The notes: generated by a model from the sequence alone, not told the origin. Shown: positions 24,856 to 37,863, numbered from the whole stretch's first letter. The stretch: DNA of 63,928 nt, filler included, from Intoshia linei (GCA_001642005.1; 6 parts of 6 records of this genome joined end to end with filler, not necessarily neighbours in it); one strand, 5' to 3'. Numbers and translations are program-made.

Positions 24856-26108
24856 TGTCTTTGTTTATAGTGGATTATAATTATATACCTAGAGTTTATT
24901 AATTTAAATGTAAATGTTTTGTTAAATTATTCAATTTGAAATAAGTGGAATAAAGCTTTATTAACTATTTTAGATTCGTTCGTAATCATACCATATGTAA
25001 CATGTTGTTTCCCGTCATTGCGTCATCATTAATGACTATATTTAGCTTAGTTTGCGTAACCTATAAGTATATCTACTGACTGATCTAATTCAGTGAATGC
25101 AGTGTATTTTAAATAGTGTTGGGAAGAATTAATGTGTATCCATTATATTTGTTACCAATGTGGTACCATATTTGTTTTCTTCAATAATAAAAATTTTTTG
25201 CTAAGTATGTTATTAGTAGTAAATAATTACTACAATTTCAAAAACTAAAGTCACTTTTTTAGTTTTTCATTAATTTATTTTATATTCAGTTTTAGTGTTC
25301 CCAATGATATCTTGATAGGTTCGCCTCGTTTATTCAAAACTAATGTTGGATTTTTGAAAGAAGGTTTAATAAACACTGTTTATAGTTTATTTTTGAAATT
25401 TTACTAATTAAAATTGTTTTATTTATTAGTACGGATTATCATTCTGTAATAATAAACAACTAAATTAAGCATACTTTTTACAATAATTTATTTTTCAGTT
25501 CAATCCTGAATTTATCCAGAATCAATTTATTCATATTAAAAAATAAAACGAATTGACCAATATTTTCTCATTGATTTTTTGTACCTACAACCAGTTAAGA
25601 ATGATTAAGAATACGAAAAAACCAAATATTTTTTATAAACCGATAGAATAAATTTTTTGGATACACGGGATTTTATTAAGTCAAGTTAATCTCACGTTTC
25701 CGTCGTTTATCCTCGGTCGCTTATGCGAGCAGACAAGGCTCTGACGTTTAATTTATTTTATATATTGTTAAAATATTTTCAATTTGTTTTATTCTAAAAA
25801 TTTAAATTCTATTACATGTATTTTGTTTAATTTTGTACAATTAATAGCCTAATAAAGTCTAAGTCCTTATTAACTTAATAAATTAAATAACTTAAATTAA
25901 TAAGAAACTTTGCCTATAGTAACACCCTTATTAACGAAATTGAATTTTTTTAAATAAAAACGATTATATGGCATATTTCTTGTATTTATGCGTTTTAGAA
26001 TAATACAAGACGAAGTGATACACACAAAACATTATCAAGGGGATAATGTCGACTCCAGGGGTGCACAGCAGTTTTTTGAGTCTGAAAAATTTTATTAATT
26101 TTAAATTA

Positions 26109-26500
26109 TCCTTAATTATATGTTACACAATATTTGTTTGTGTGTGTTACCGTTTATTTAAATAACTACCCGTCTTAGAATTTATAAAGTCCACATTTCA
26201 ATTACAGTTTTTTCCAGAGGTGTTAGCAAAATAAATTTAAACCTCCAAAACCACAAATTACCATTTTTTATGAAAACAGCCCTAGAATTAAAAAAAATTT
26301 ACAGGTAGTACAGTTGTCTCCTGTTAATACACACAAAAAATTTCAATCTGAATAAGTAACGATTTCACGGTCAAAAGAGAATTTTAGTATTCATATATTT
26401 TTTTACTGAAATATTTTATTTACAATTGTTGTAACAAAAAATGTGAAATAATTAACTGTCAAAAATTAAAAAAAATATGATTCTGATAGATCTTATCCAT
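26109..26500 (+). repeat. Copy of the Helitron-like family
   Basis: Starts A^TCCTTAATTATATG; shared core. Confidence 0.78.
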
Positions 26501-26780
26501 GAATTTGCTGACATGTAAATTAGTGAAATTTCAAAAATATACTATAAATAACGTCTTGCAGATTTTTACGTTTTATGTACATTTTACAATTTAGGCAAGC
26601 TACTGAAAATAATGTTACTATGCCATCTGAAAATCAATTTTCTAATAATTTCCATTTATATTTTTATTATTTTAAAAGAATTTAAGTTAATTTTTCATCA
26701 AAATTAAAGTTATTTGTGTCAATTTTGATTTGTTACGTGTAATCAAGTAACCAATGATTACTAAATACATTACTCTAGTG

Positions 26781-27635
26781 CAGAGGTGCACAACCTTTCC
26801 ACCAATTCGACCACAATGCTACTTTTCTCATTGATGCTATGGCCACTCAAAATTTACTTTAACATTGAGAAAATTTACTCTGGAGTCCATAGTCTGGACC
26901 TAAATTTTAGGTCTAATAAAATAGTTTTAATTAATAATTTTCAATTAAAATTAATCCTTAATTCACTCATATAAATTAATACCACATTTGTCATTTATCT
27001 AAATCGGAATAAATAGCAATAGTAGGATTAATGCAGTGCTTTAATTAAGGAAGAAATCCCTTTTTACCAATATTTTTTTTAAAAATCCATTTTTACCAAA
27101 GTTTTACAATAAAAACTACCCTATCTGATTCCAAAAGAAAAAATCGCTTTTACAAATATTTTTATGCAAAATCTCATTTTACCAAATTTTTAGATCAATA
27201 ATTCTTCTGATACCATAAGAAAAAACCTAATTTTAAAAAAATTTGAACAATCTCCTTTAACTAATATTTTTTTGAAAAAACATTAATCATTAATTTTTTG
27301 GTACTTAATTAATAATAATTGGACAACAGAAAAAAGTTTCATTAACCCATTTGTTGATACATTAAAGTGGAAGACAAAAAAATATGTAAATAGTAATAAT
27401 GACATAAAAAATAATATCAGTGACTGCCTTGATTTTATGTGCCATTCGCTAACATTTGAGAAACTGGGGCAAAGTCACGAATGGAACTTTTTGTTTAAAA
27501 TATTTGAAATAGACCTTCAATAAAATCTCATTTTAACGTTTTAATTTAAAATAAAATAATGTAATGTAAAATAATTAGATTTATTGCCCACCGTCGCACA
27601 TAAACGCTCTCACGGCCGCACGTTGTGCACCCCTG
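26781..27635. mobile_element. Non-autonomous hAT element
   Basis: TIRs CAGAGGTGCACAAC / GTTGTGCACCCCTG; 8-bp TSD CTCTAGTG / CTCTAATG. An inverted partial copy lies at about 37325-37644. Confidence 0.88.
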
Positions 27636-27837
27636 CTCTAATGCATAAGTTCTTAACTTTCTTCCACTTGACATCCAAAAATTTAATAAACTTAAATTCG
27701 AAAAAGTTAGCAATATAACTACGGTAACAAAAATTTCTAGCTGAAATTGCTTTAAAATTTAAATTTGAACTAGAAAAAACCTTTGAACATAAACAACACT
27801 GTGGTTTGTACGATGGTTACGAACCCATGGTCTAGTG

Positions 27838-28569
27838 CAATGGTTCCCAAATAATATATTGCCAACCCCCATAACAGTATATAAATATTTTTAGAAAATA
27901 TCAATTTATACAAAATAGTTAATGTTTATTATATTATTATAACAGCGATTAAAAAATGTTCTTTTAATATTACTGGTTTTATTTGCGATATAAATCGTTC
28001 TTTAATATGGTTGACACTCTAGTATACAAAAAATTGTAAATTTATGATTGTTTTTTTTGTATACGTGTTTTTGTCTCGTAAGGATTAATAACGTTAAAAA
28101 AAATTATAACTGTAAAGAGAGTTTATTGATTTTTACAAACATTTGGAAAATCATAGTGAATTACGTAAAAAAATAATTTGCAATGATAAATACCAATAAA
28201 ATTAACATTTACATTTCATATTTTAAATTGTTAATTCTTTTTAAATTTCAAATTGTTAGAACTTTCAATTCAAATTTTATTGTTCTTTTTGTTTCCAAGA
28301 CATTTCGAAAAGTACTTATTTAATACTTATAAAATCTGGTCACTCTAATTTAATTGCTAAGTAAATCAATTTCCATAAAACAACAAATCAATTGAAAAAA
28401 TATACATTTAGAAGCTAAAAAGTGATGAATTGAATGACAGATTAATTTATAGTCATAATAAATCATTATAATTTAATATTATTGTTAAAATAAAGGTTAT
28501 CTTCATTTTATTTAATATTTTTCTTGTGGACCACCTAGAATTTCCTGTGGACCACTTTGGGAACCACTC
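27838..28569. mobile_element. Non-autonomous hAT (Charlie/Buster-like) element
   Basis: TIRs CAATGGTTCCCAAA / TTTGGGAACCACTC; TSD GTCTAGTG / GTCTGGTG. Confidence 0.82.
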
Positions 28570-28579
28570 GTCTGGTGTC

Positions 28580-29211
28580 ATTGTCTGATTGAAATTTTTT
28601 GTGTTTACTACATTTAGATATAACTATCAATTGTTATTTTTTTAAAATTCTAGGACTATTTTCATTTTTAAAAAAATGGTAATATGGGTTTTTGGTCATG
28701 AAAATCCATTTTCTTGAGATTGCCATGTATTATAATTCTGATGATTATTAAAATTTTAAAAACTATCCCAGAATTTATGTTTTATAAAAGTTTAGGATAT
28801 GTTTTTGTTTTAAAACAAAAAGTAATTTGTAGTTTTTAGTCCAAACTTTTGACTATGTGCGTTTCTGAGGCTGAGAATTGCGATAATGTTAATGATTTTT
28901 AAACGCATTCCTGAATGTATGCTTTATTAAATTTTTGGGATGATGGTTTTTTTAAACAAAAGAGCAAATTGGGTTTTTGACCATAAAATACTTAAATTCG
29001 GAAACTGAAACATATATAAACACGCTCTGGGAAAAACTGTATTATAAACTGGGTGTGGTTAAAATTTATCTTATTATACGTCCCGGAAAAAACTGTAATT
29101 GAAATGTGGTCTTTAAAAAATTTTAAAAATGCTAGTTATTTTAAAAAAGTAACACACATACACATACAGACACACAAACAAAAATAGCGTCGCATTTTAT
29201 ATAAGTTAGAA
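28580..29211 (-). repeat. Copy of the Helitron-like family ending just past the LCAT stop codon
   Basis: Ends ..ACACACAAACAAAAATAGCGTCGCATTTTATATAAGTTAGA. Confidence 0.78.
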
Positions 29212-29227
29212 TAAATGAAATTTTCGT

Positions 29228-32200
29228 TTATTTCTTTAAGATCTCTACATTTTCTGATTTCAAATTTTGATCTATAATGTATTGAATTAGTTGGTTAGAT
29301 TGCAATATTTTCGAATGCTCTTGATATTTTATTTCCTTTATATGTTGAGAATTGGTGACAAATTCATTGCATATACGTAAATCTAGGTGAAAATTAAATG
29401 AGATTACTATATAAATTAAATTATAGTTTTGACATCAACCATAGTACATTAACTCTTAGACACTTGGGTTTTTTTTGCATGACATTTTACAAAAGCTAAT
29501 AATTGAAATGGTTGAAATAAAAATAAACAACTACAGAATAAACAATACAAATTAAATTTTACAAATAAACACGCCTCTAACAAAAAGTGTGGTCATAACA
29601 AAAAATAATTGTTAATTATTCAAATGGAATGTTGACACTTGAATATTTTAAAAAAGTAATACATTTAATACTGTTAAAATAGTAGTTGCATAATTAATAA
29701 TATCCTTATTTATATAATATGCTACGCAATATTTTTTGTGTGTGTTCCACTTTATTTCAATAACTACCAGTCTTAGGATTTTATAAAGATCACATTTCAA
29801 TTACAGTTTTTTTCCGGGACGTATAATAAGATAAATTTCAACCTCCTAATTTTACATCTTACAAATCAAAAACCCCAGTTGTCCCTCTTTTTGAAAATTA
29901 AACGAGTTGGAGAATTTAAAAAAATAGATATGCTGATACGTATTTTAAAATCATAAACATTATCATAAATTTAAATTTAAAAAAATATCTTCAGGGCCAA
30001 AACCCCAAATTACTTTTTTTTATGAAAACAGCCCTAAAATTTAAAAAAATTTATAGGTGGTACAGTTGTATCCTGTTAACACACACAAAAATTGCAATCC
30101 GAATAAGTGACGACTTCACGGTCAAAAAAGCAGTTTGTTCCAGTTTATTTAAGAAATTAAGAGAAGTTAAGTTTTGAAAATTCTATATTTATATAACAGT
30201 TTTGCGATAGTGATGTTTTATCGTCAATTTAATTTCAAAAATTGAGTTCTTCAAGGTAATAAACCCCAAATATCCTTTTTTTTCCATTAAAACTACATAC
30301 TTTGTAGTACTATAATTATAAAAAATAAACAATCTTATAAAGATTTTAAAATCATCAACTTTATAATAATTTTCAATTTGGGACGTACATAAATTCACTA
30401 TTTACACAGGACTTCAAAAATATGCAAAATTAATAAAAATTAAAATATTACCAGAAAGTGTAATTGAATCATCTCCAATAGTAAAGTTTACTTTCTTTGT
30501 ATCATAATTAAATGATTCAACTGTATTATTTGAATTAGTATAGCTGTAAATACAATTAATGTTAACAAATTTGTATTTTTTGTTTATTTTTAAAAAGAAA
30601 AAAATTTCCTTAATAATATTTCCAGCATAACGTCTTCGTGAAACTATATCTTTTGGTAAAATGTCATCCAATTGATTAACAGTATAATTTACGCCGTCTT
30701 TGATAAAAACGATTTTATTTTTGTTTTTATACATTTCATTTGGTAAAAACATTGCTATAGATTGATAGGTTGGTAATATTGTTTTGAAAAAATTTCGCTT
30801 TTTCAGGCTATCAGATAAATCAGTGTCTATGTTACCTAAAATAAACAATTAATATTTATAAAAATAACAAGCACTTTTTAACAAATAATATTGACATTAA
30901 AAACGACGAGAAAACTAATTAAAAATAAATTCAGTAGATGAAATCGAAAGAAAGGTTGAATAATTAAAATTAAAGCAACTCAAATCTCACAATAAAATTT
31001 ATAAAAACACAAAACATAATAATAATAATAATACAATTATGAATTATTTTTAGACATAATAAATTTTATCACTTTGAAAAAGATGAACCACTGTATACAT
31101 AATTTATTCATTAAATACATTATGTTAATCCATTATCTACGTAAACTATATTAATTGGTATATAAATTTCTACTAATTATATATTATTAATATATTAATA
31201 GTAATACAGTGTACTACTAAGTACAGTATTGAAGTTACTATTATAATAGTAGTAATAGTTATAGTAGTACTATATAATAAATAATGTAGTAATAATTCAA
31301 CATATATTAATAATAATAAACATATAGATTATAGTACTTAATATTTTTATCTTGTGGACGAATGTATTTATAACTTTATTTTTATGAGGTACAACTTATG
31401 CTAAAGTGGCCAGAAAAATACGTTATACATTTTACACCAAATAAACTAGAAAAAATACATAGTATTTCTGGCCACTTTAGTGTAAGTTGTACCTCATAAA
31501 AATACCCACTATTACGTTACTTTGACTATTTATAATAATAATAATATAATACCTGTGAATAAACTTAGAATTGTTTTTGGAGATCCAACCAAGGGACATG
31601 ATATTAGATTAACATTGTTAATGTTGTTTTTAATGAATGATCTTTTATATTTTGAAAGTGCATGTAATACTTGCAGGCAACCATACGAATGAGTAACAAT
31701 ATTTATTTGTCGTCCACTTTTATTTTTAGCTATTTTGATTGCTTCTTTCAAATGGTCAATCATAAATTTACCTAAGATACATAATATGGTACCGGTACGA
31801 AATTGAATTTTGTCCAAAGGACAAAATGTCCCATGTATAAAATGTCCCAGATTGTGCTTGATTTATAAAATAAATAAATATAAACTATATGAATTCAAAC
31901 CACCAGGTAGTGGAACGATTATAATTAATAAAAAATTTTTAGATAAGAGGAAAAATTATAATTCAACGATGGGTTGAAGGATAACAATGAAATTGAATAT
32001 AATATTACTGATTGAACGAATAATTTTAAATTGAACAATATTATAAAATTATCAGTAGTATAAAAATTCACATAGGGATAGAAGATATGCAAGGCTTAGT
32101 CTCTTATAAATTGTAGTGAAGCTTCACGCATATAGACATATTTTTCGTTTTTTCTTAAATTTATACCATGTAATTATTATTTTATTTAATTCCAAATCAT

Positions 32201-32569
32201 ATGCTGCTGGTTTCAATATAGGATATTTGTAAATCAAAGAGACAATAATTGCATTCAATTGACCAAGCAGTAGATAAACAATAATTATTTTATTTTTCCC
32301 ATAAAACCCAATTTTTTTACCTTAAAATCAATCATCACATACTGAAACTAGTTTCAAATATCTTCCTATCTCTAAAGAAGGTGACAGGTTACTCATGCCT
32401 ACTGGAAAAAGTGTTCTCATATAATGTTTACTGTAATTTTTACACTTTTTAAATGATAATTATGAAAAACCTGGAAATCGCCTAAAATCGTAAGGTATTG
32501 AGAATATTGTTGAATTTCTTATAAATCCAAATTTTTTCATTTCTTCGATAAAATGGGAAAAAACAGGAT
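29228..32569 (-). CDS. LCAT / lysosomal phospholipase A2 (PLA2G15) family acyltransferase, 5' end missing in gap
   Basis: Exons 32569-32471, 31771-31553, 30835-30452, 29382-29228 join in phase. Motifs GFIRNSTIFSIPYDFRR, IVTHSYG (nucleophile Ser), PLVGSPK, NCIYS, GDDSI (Asp), QEHSKIL (His). Confidence 0.82.
29703..30135 (+). repeat. Copy of the Helitron-like family in LCAT intron
   Basis: Starts A^TCCTTATTTATATAATATGCTACGC. Confidence 0.8.
31385..31496. mobile_element. Short mariner-like MITE / long inverted repeat in LCAT intron
   Basis: TA-TGAGGTACAACTTATGCTAAAGTGGCCAGAAA .. TTTCTGGCCACTTTAGTGTAAGTTGTACCTCA-TA. Symmetry extends to 31377-31504. Confidence 0.75.
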
Positions 32570-32879
32570 CTAGTATTTAATCAAATAATGTATGCTTTAT
32601 ATCTACTCTAATACTTATATAACACTAGACAACAAAATGAAAACCTTTTTCGAGGATCTGCATGAGACCCATACAAATAAAAAGCTGAAATTTTCCTGAN
32701 NNNNNNNNNNNNNNNNNNNNNNNNNNNNNNNNNNNNNNNNNNNTTAATTAATTAANNNNNNNNNNNNNNNNNNNNNNNNNNNNNNNNNNNNNNNNNNNNT
32801 TATTTAAGGTATATATTATCATAAAAACCCAATTTAATATTTACAAAAATAAAATTAAATTTACAAAAATAAGGGTTTT

Positions 32880-33391
32880 TTAAATTGGTTGATAATACAT
32901 ATATACTGTATATTAAAAATTATTTTTCACCGATAATGCGTAGATTTCAGTGGTTGAAATTTTGGATTTATATCAACTTAAATAAGCTGTATCAGAATAA
33001 TTTTTTTTTTTAATTGTCGGACCGTTAATTATTTCACATTTTTTGTTTTAATAAAATAGTTTCAAATTAAAAAAATATGAATACAAATATGTACTAAAGT
33101 GCTTTTTTGACCGTAAAAGCATCACTTATTCAAATTAAAATTTTTTGTGTGTGTTAACAAAATACAACTGTACAACCTGTAATTTTTTTTAAATTCTAGG
33201 GCTGTTTTCATTTAAAAAAAGGATAATTGGGTTTTTGATAGGTAAAATGTGAGTTTTGGAGATTGAATTTTTTTTTAGTTTCACCCAGAAAAAATTGTAA
33301 TAGAAATGTGGACTTTATAACATTTTAAGACTCAGTTATTGAAATTAACGATACACACACAAACAAACAAAGAGTTTTATATAAGTAAGGA
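32880..33391 (-). repeat. Copy of the Helitron-like family
   Basis: Shared core; ends ..TATATAAGTAAGGA. Confidence 0.8.
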
Positions 33392-33488
33392 ATCTTTACT
33401 AAGGATATTAGATTATGATTTATGTAGTGATATATCGCTATCATACTAATCGAGATTCGAATATATACTTTTGATATAACTCACTTGT

Positions 33489-33570
33489 GATGTCTAACTG
33501 GCAGAGTGGTTATAGTCATATAATTGTATTCTGCGTGGCTAGGTTCGAATCGAGATTTGGACATCTTTTT
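33489..33570 (+). pseudogene. tRNA-like Pol III unit (tRNA pseudogene or SINE head)
   Basis: A box TGGCAGAGTGG (33499-33509) and B box GGTTCGAATC (33542-33551). Closing stem GATGTCTAA/TTGGACATC is followed by TTTTT. The anticodon arm is not canonical, so no isotype is assigned. Confidence 0.65.
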
Positions 33571-34294
33571 ATTTAAGATGAACTTATCAGAGTTCTTATC
33601 TGCCAATCGTTACAATCGATAAACATAGTTTGTGGTAATGAACTCTAATATTCTTTTAATTTAACTTTAAAAAATTTAGATAAGTGGAAAATATTTACAT
33701 CCAAATAAAAGTAAAATATAGTCAATGTGTAATTTTGTTCAATAAGTAAGGTAGCTGAATACTTTATAAATTTTCTTAGTAAATGTATAGAAAATTGCAT
33801 CCATTATTATAAATTATTAAATATATGAGATTAAAAATAGTGTTATTTCGTGACAAATGGGAAAATTGTTAGTAATTCATATAGTAAATAATTTATATTT
33901 TTTATTCGTAAGTATTTATAGCCTAAAATGTATAAAATAAAAACTAACAAATACAAACTATATTGTATATACTATATAAATAAGCTGAGTACGTTGAGCA
34001 TTGTTTATCGGACATCACAAAAAAATGTAGACATGGAACTCCTTTATGCGCAATACCAAAAAATTTTAAATATTATTGATAGTTATTGAATGGGTAGTGC
34101 CGATTCAACTAATCGCTTAATTATGGTCAATGAAGCTAATTTGAATAGATTAGGTCGAATTAAAAATACAATGGAAATTCCCAATTAACAAAGTTGCTTC
34201 TCGATATCTACTGTGGATAATATACATGAAATAATATGAACAAATTTTATTTTTTAAAATAAATATAAATTCATTTTGATATATATTTACGATA

Positions 34295-35055
34295 ATGGGT
34301 ATATCATGTGATTTAAAAATGTACATTTATAAAATTAGGAAAACCACGCGGATTAAAATGTGCCAGAAAATTAAAGACACATAGAAGAGAACAAAGATGG
34401 AATGAAACTAAATTTAAAAAGGCACATACTGGAAGTCGTTTTAAGACAAATGCTTTTGGTGGTGCTTCTCACGCTAAAGGAATTGTTATTGAAAAATTGT
34501 AATATTCAGTTTATTTATCTTATTCTCAATTTTAAACAGTTTATAAATCTATTAGACATTTTTAACTATGAATAAATTTTCATTATTCACTGCTAAAATT
34601 TTAATTTTTTAATTTATCCCCAAACTGGCTATTTAAATAAACATTCCATAATAATATTCAGTGCCGGGATCACTGGTTAAAATCAAACACCGGAAATTGT
34701 CATTTTAAAAATTTATTATTATCTTTTAAAGTGATAACCATTACTTTTTAGAGGTGTTGAAGCAAAACAGCCAAACTCTGCTATTAGAAAATGTGTTCGT
34801 GTTCAACTTTTAAAGAATAATAAAAAAGTGACAGCATTCGTACCAAAAGACGGTTGTCTCAATTATATTAACGTAATATTTGAATATTTAAAACTCATTT
34901 AAATATAGGAGAATGACGAAGTTTTAATTTCTGGATTTGGTCGAAAAGGTCACGCTGTAGGCGACTTGCCTGGTGTCAGATTTAAAGTCGTGAAAGTTGT
35001 AAATATTTCTCTTCTGGCTTTATATAAACAGAAGAAGGAAAGACCAAGATCATAA
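34295..35055 (+). CDS. RPS23: 40S ribosomal protein S23 (uS12)
   Basis: Exons 34295-34298, 34339-34498, 34752-34872, 34909-35055 give [79 protein letters not shown]. Absent from the ORF track. Confidence 0.97.
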
Positions 35056-35129
35056 ATGTATTTCAATTAAAAATTATGTTTTGTAGTTTTTTATATTTGT
35101 TCCTTAAGTACAATACATTCATTTCACCT

Positions 35130-36689
35130 TAGTGATGAGTAGAGTAGACAAAAGCGAGTAAAGTTATCGAAATGCTCTTTTACTCGATAATAATTGACAT
35201 CTCGTTTTAATAAAAATGTTATATGATTGCTCGGCATGTGAAATTGTGTTTGTTTTTCATTTTATAAGTGCTCGAAATTTTCTAAATTTAGTCACTTTTT
35301 TGTGTCTGCCATATAAGTATACATTTTGTTATACATTACGAGTCGTAATTTACGACTAAATTTAAATTAAACTTTCATTATATATTTATTATATTATTTT
35401 TAATTTGAATCTAATGAAAAATATTCAACAATTTAATAAAATTATACGTAAACATTCATGTTTTGCAAATCAAGATGGAAAATTACATTGCACATTATGC
35501 AAGAAAGGATCAAATGTGAATAGACATCAAAACACTTTATAAAACTTGATGATTTAAAGAAACGTATCCATTCAAATTACGACCTAAAAGTTCCTTTTGC
35601 AACCCGGATTGTAAGATTATTTACCCGGTTAAATAGACCGTTGAACAAAATGAATAATAGTGATCTAATAGATTTTTTTGGAGCTTACAATAAAAAAATG
35701 CCATCTGTATTAGCCACCAGGATTATCGTCAAATGTTTAGGAAATTTTGAGGTTAAAAGAATAAAAGGGTTCGTTGAAGGAAAAAATATATATATGGTAG
35801 TTGATGAGTCCCAAATGAACAAGGTTGGCTACTTAAATATCATGATTGGTGTAATTTCGGATCCATATAAAGTATATGCTTTTAAATGTATATTTTTGCA
35901 GAATTCAGTTAATGCAAATTTGGTGTGCACAGCCATCGATGATGTGATGCGAGAGTTACCAATAGAACGAAAAAATTTCGTATTATTAGTATTAGACGCA
36001 GCACCGTATATGGTCTCTGCTGCAGGTACTTTGACATTTTTATACAATAGACTACATTGCATTACCTGGGGTGCACATCTAGTGCATAATTGTGCCATGA
36101 AAGTAAAAGCTCATTTCTCTAATGTTGATGAATTAATCACGTCAATTAAATTATCAATAAAACAAGAAAAGCACTTTTTAAGGAAATTGGAAAACCTCCC
36201 GAACATAAACAAAATGGTCAAGCTGCATTATGGTATTGCGATCACCTTCCGGTTGTTACAACTATTGTACAATTATATGAAGATGATGGATATTTAGTAC
36301 AAAGAGCATTGAATGTGAATCCCTTGTCACTGATTTAATTAAAATAAAGCAACAATATTGTCCTTACTTTATTGATACAAAAAATGGAACATATGGATTA
36401 TTCAATTAAGCAAGCCTTTCAAAACTTGAACCAACTTGTTATTTTAGGTGATGATGTTTGTAATATTAAGCAATATTTACAAAAAAGATTGCTTTCAAAC
36501 GGCCTCAACGAAATTATGAACCCAGTAGGAGATATGGAACCATCATTATATTCAGACTTGCAACTATCTAACTTCACATCATGCTCAGTTGAACGATCGT
36601 TTTCTATGTTAAAACGTATGTTAACGAAAGATCGACCCTTCAAAGTTTTTAATGTTGTAACTTATTTTTTATTGTATATTAATAAATGA
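35130..36689 (+). mobile_element. Decayed hAT-like (CGGBP1-related) transposase
   Basis: TAGTGATG-type left end at 35130. N-terminal CTLC knuckle fragment at about 35414-35510. MVVDES, LDAAPYM and CITWGAHLVHN in ORF 35641-36297; SCSVERSFSMLK in ORF 36372-36689. Frameshifted; no right TIR found. Confidence 0.8.
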
Positions 36690-36884
36690 ATTTACTGAAA
36701 GCACAGGTTTCCTTCTATTAATTTGGTCGATATCTTATATTTATAAATCGCGTTAATCAATGGAAACCTGATTTAAAAAAATGCATTCATCCCATTAATT
36801 CTATCAAAGTCGTTTAAAATTACATTTGACAAAATGTTTACATTTTTTTAATTAGTCTTAAAATGTGGGTATATTTATTTTTAT

Positions 36885-37126
36885 GGATCTTTTCTGTTAG
36901 ATAACTACCAAATTTTAAATGAGCACCATAAATAACGATCAAATTTATTCAATAACCAAAACATAAATAATACAAAGTGGCGTTTTAAGTCTTTGTCTCA
37001 GTTTTCTGTGGCGGCATGAAACTGTTGATATCACATAAGATTACATCGAATAAGTCTTCACCCTTATTTTTCTGACGCCACATAAATTCACACAAGTAAC
37101 TGTCTAATAAGCTTCTAGCTGTGCCA
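36885..37126 (-). mobile_element. Merlin/IS1595-family transposon 3' end
   Basis: Minus strand reads GTARSLLDSYLCEFMWRQKNKGEDLFDVILCDINSFMPP..* (stop 36985-36987), the typical Merlin C-terminus. Candidate terminus GGATCTTTTCTG at 36885. The rest is lost in the gap. Confidence 0.78.
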
Positions 37127-37863
37127 NNNNNNNNNNNNNNNNNNNNNNNNNNNNNNNNNNNNNNNNNNNNTTAATTAATTAANNNNNNNNNNNNNNNNNN
37201 NNNNNNNNNNNNNNNNNNNNNNNNNNGATTTAATGAAATATGTTGAAAATTGTAGATTAGCCTACAATCATCTAAATTTTTGTATTCATGCTTTCGGGTG
37301 ACTAGTCACCACCCCCATGAGATGCACTGCATTAATCCTACTACATTAATACTACTACTATTACTGTATTGCTATTTATTCCGATTCAGATAAATGACAA
37401 ATGTAGTGTTAATTTATATGAGTGAATAGAGGATTAATTTTAATTGAAAATTATTAATTAAAACTTGCTGATACAATAATGTATTAAAATTTAAAGAAAA
37501 CTATTTTATTAGACCTAAAATTTAGGTCCAGACTCTGGATTCCAGAATAAAATTTCTCAATGTCAAAGTAAATATTGTGCGCCCGAGGCACCAATGAGAA
37601 AAGTAGCATTGTGGCTAAATTGGTGGAAAGGTTGTGCACCCCTGATTTAAATGAACCAGTTTCTACGTGACTACTGGACCCCAGAAGTCCATGAAAAAGT
37701 ATTTAGAGAAGTGAAAAATGATATTTCGGCAATGATAGTAATTATTTCTAATTAACGCCATCTAAATTTTTTAAAATCTTTTTTCTATTACGACTAAATT
37801 TAAGTGATATACATGATATGAGTATTAAATACTCCATATAAACGTAAAAACAATAATTTTATA

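Noticed and set aside
25691-25748. Hammerhead ribozyme
   Set aside because: GAAAC and GTC occur on the minus strand, but the CUGANGA core is absent.
31130-31340. TAA/TAG/TAC-rich low-complexity tract
   Set aside because: Ordinary degenerate trinucleotide microsatellite in an intron.
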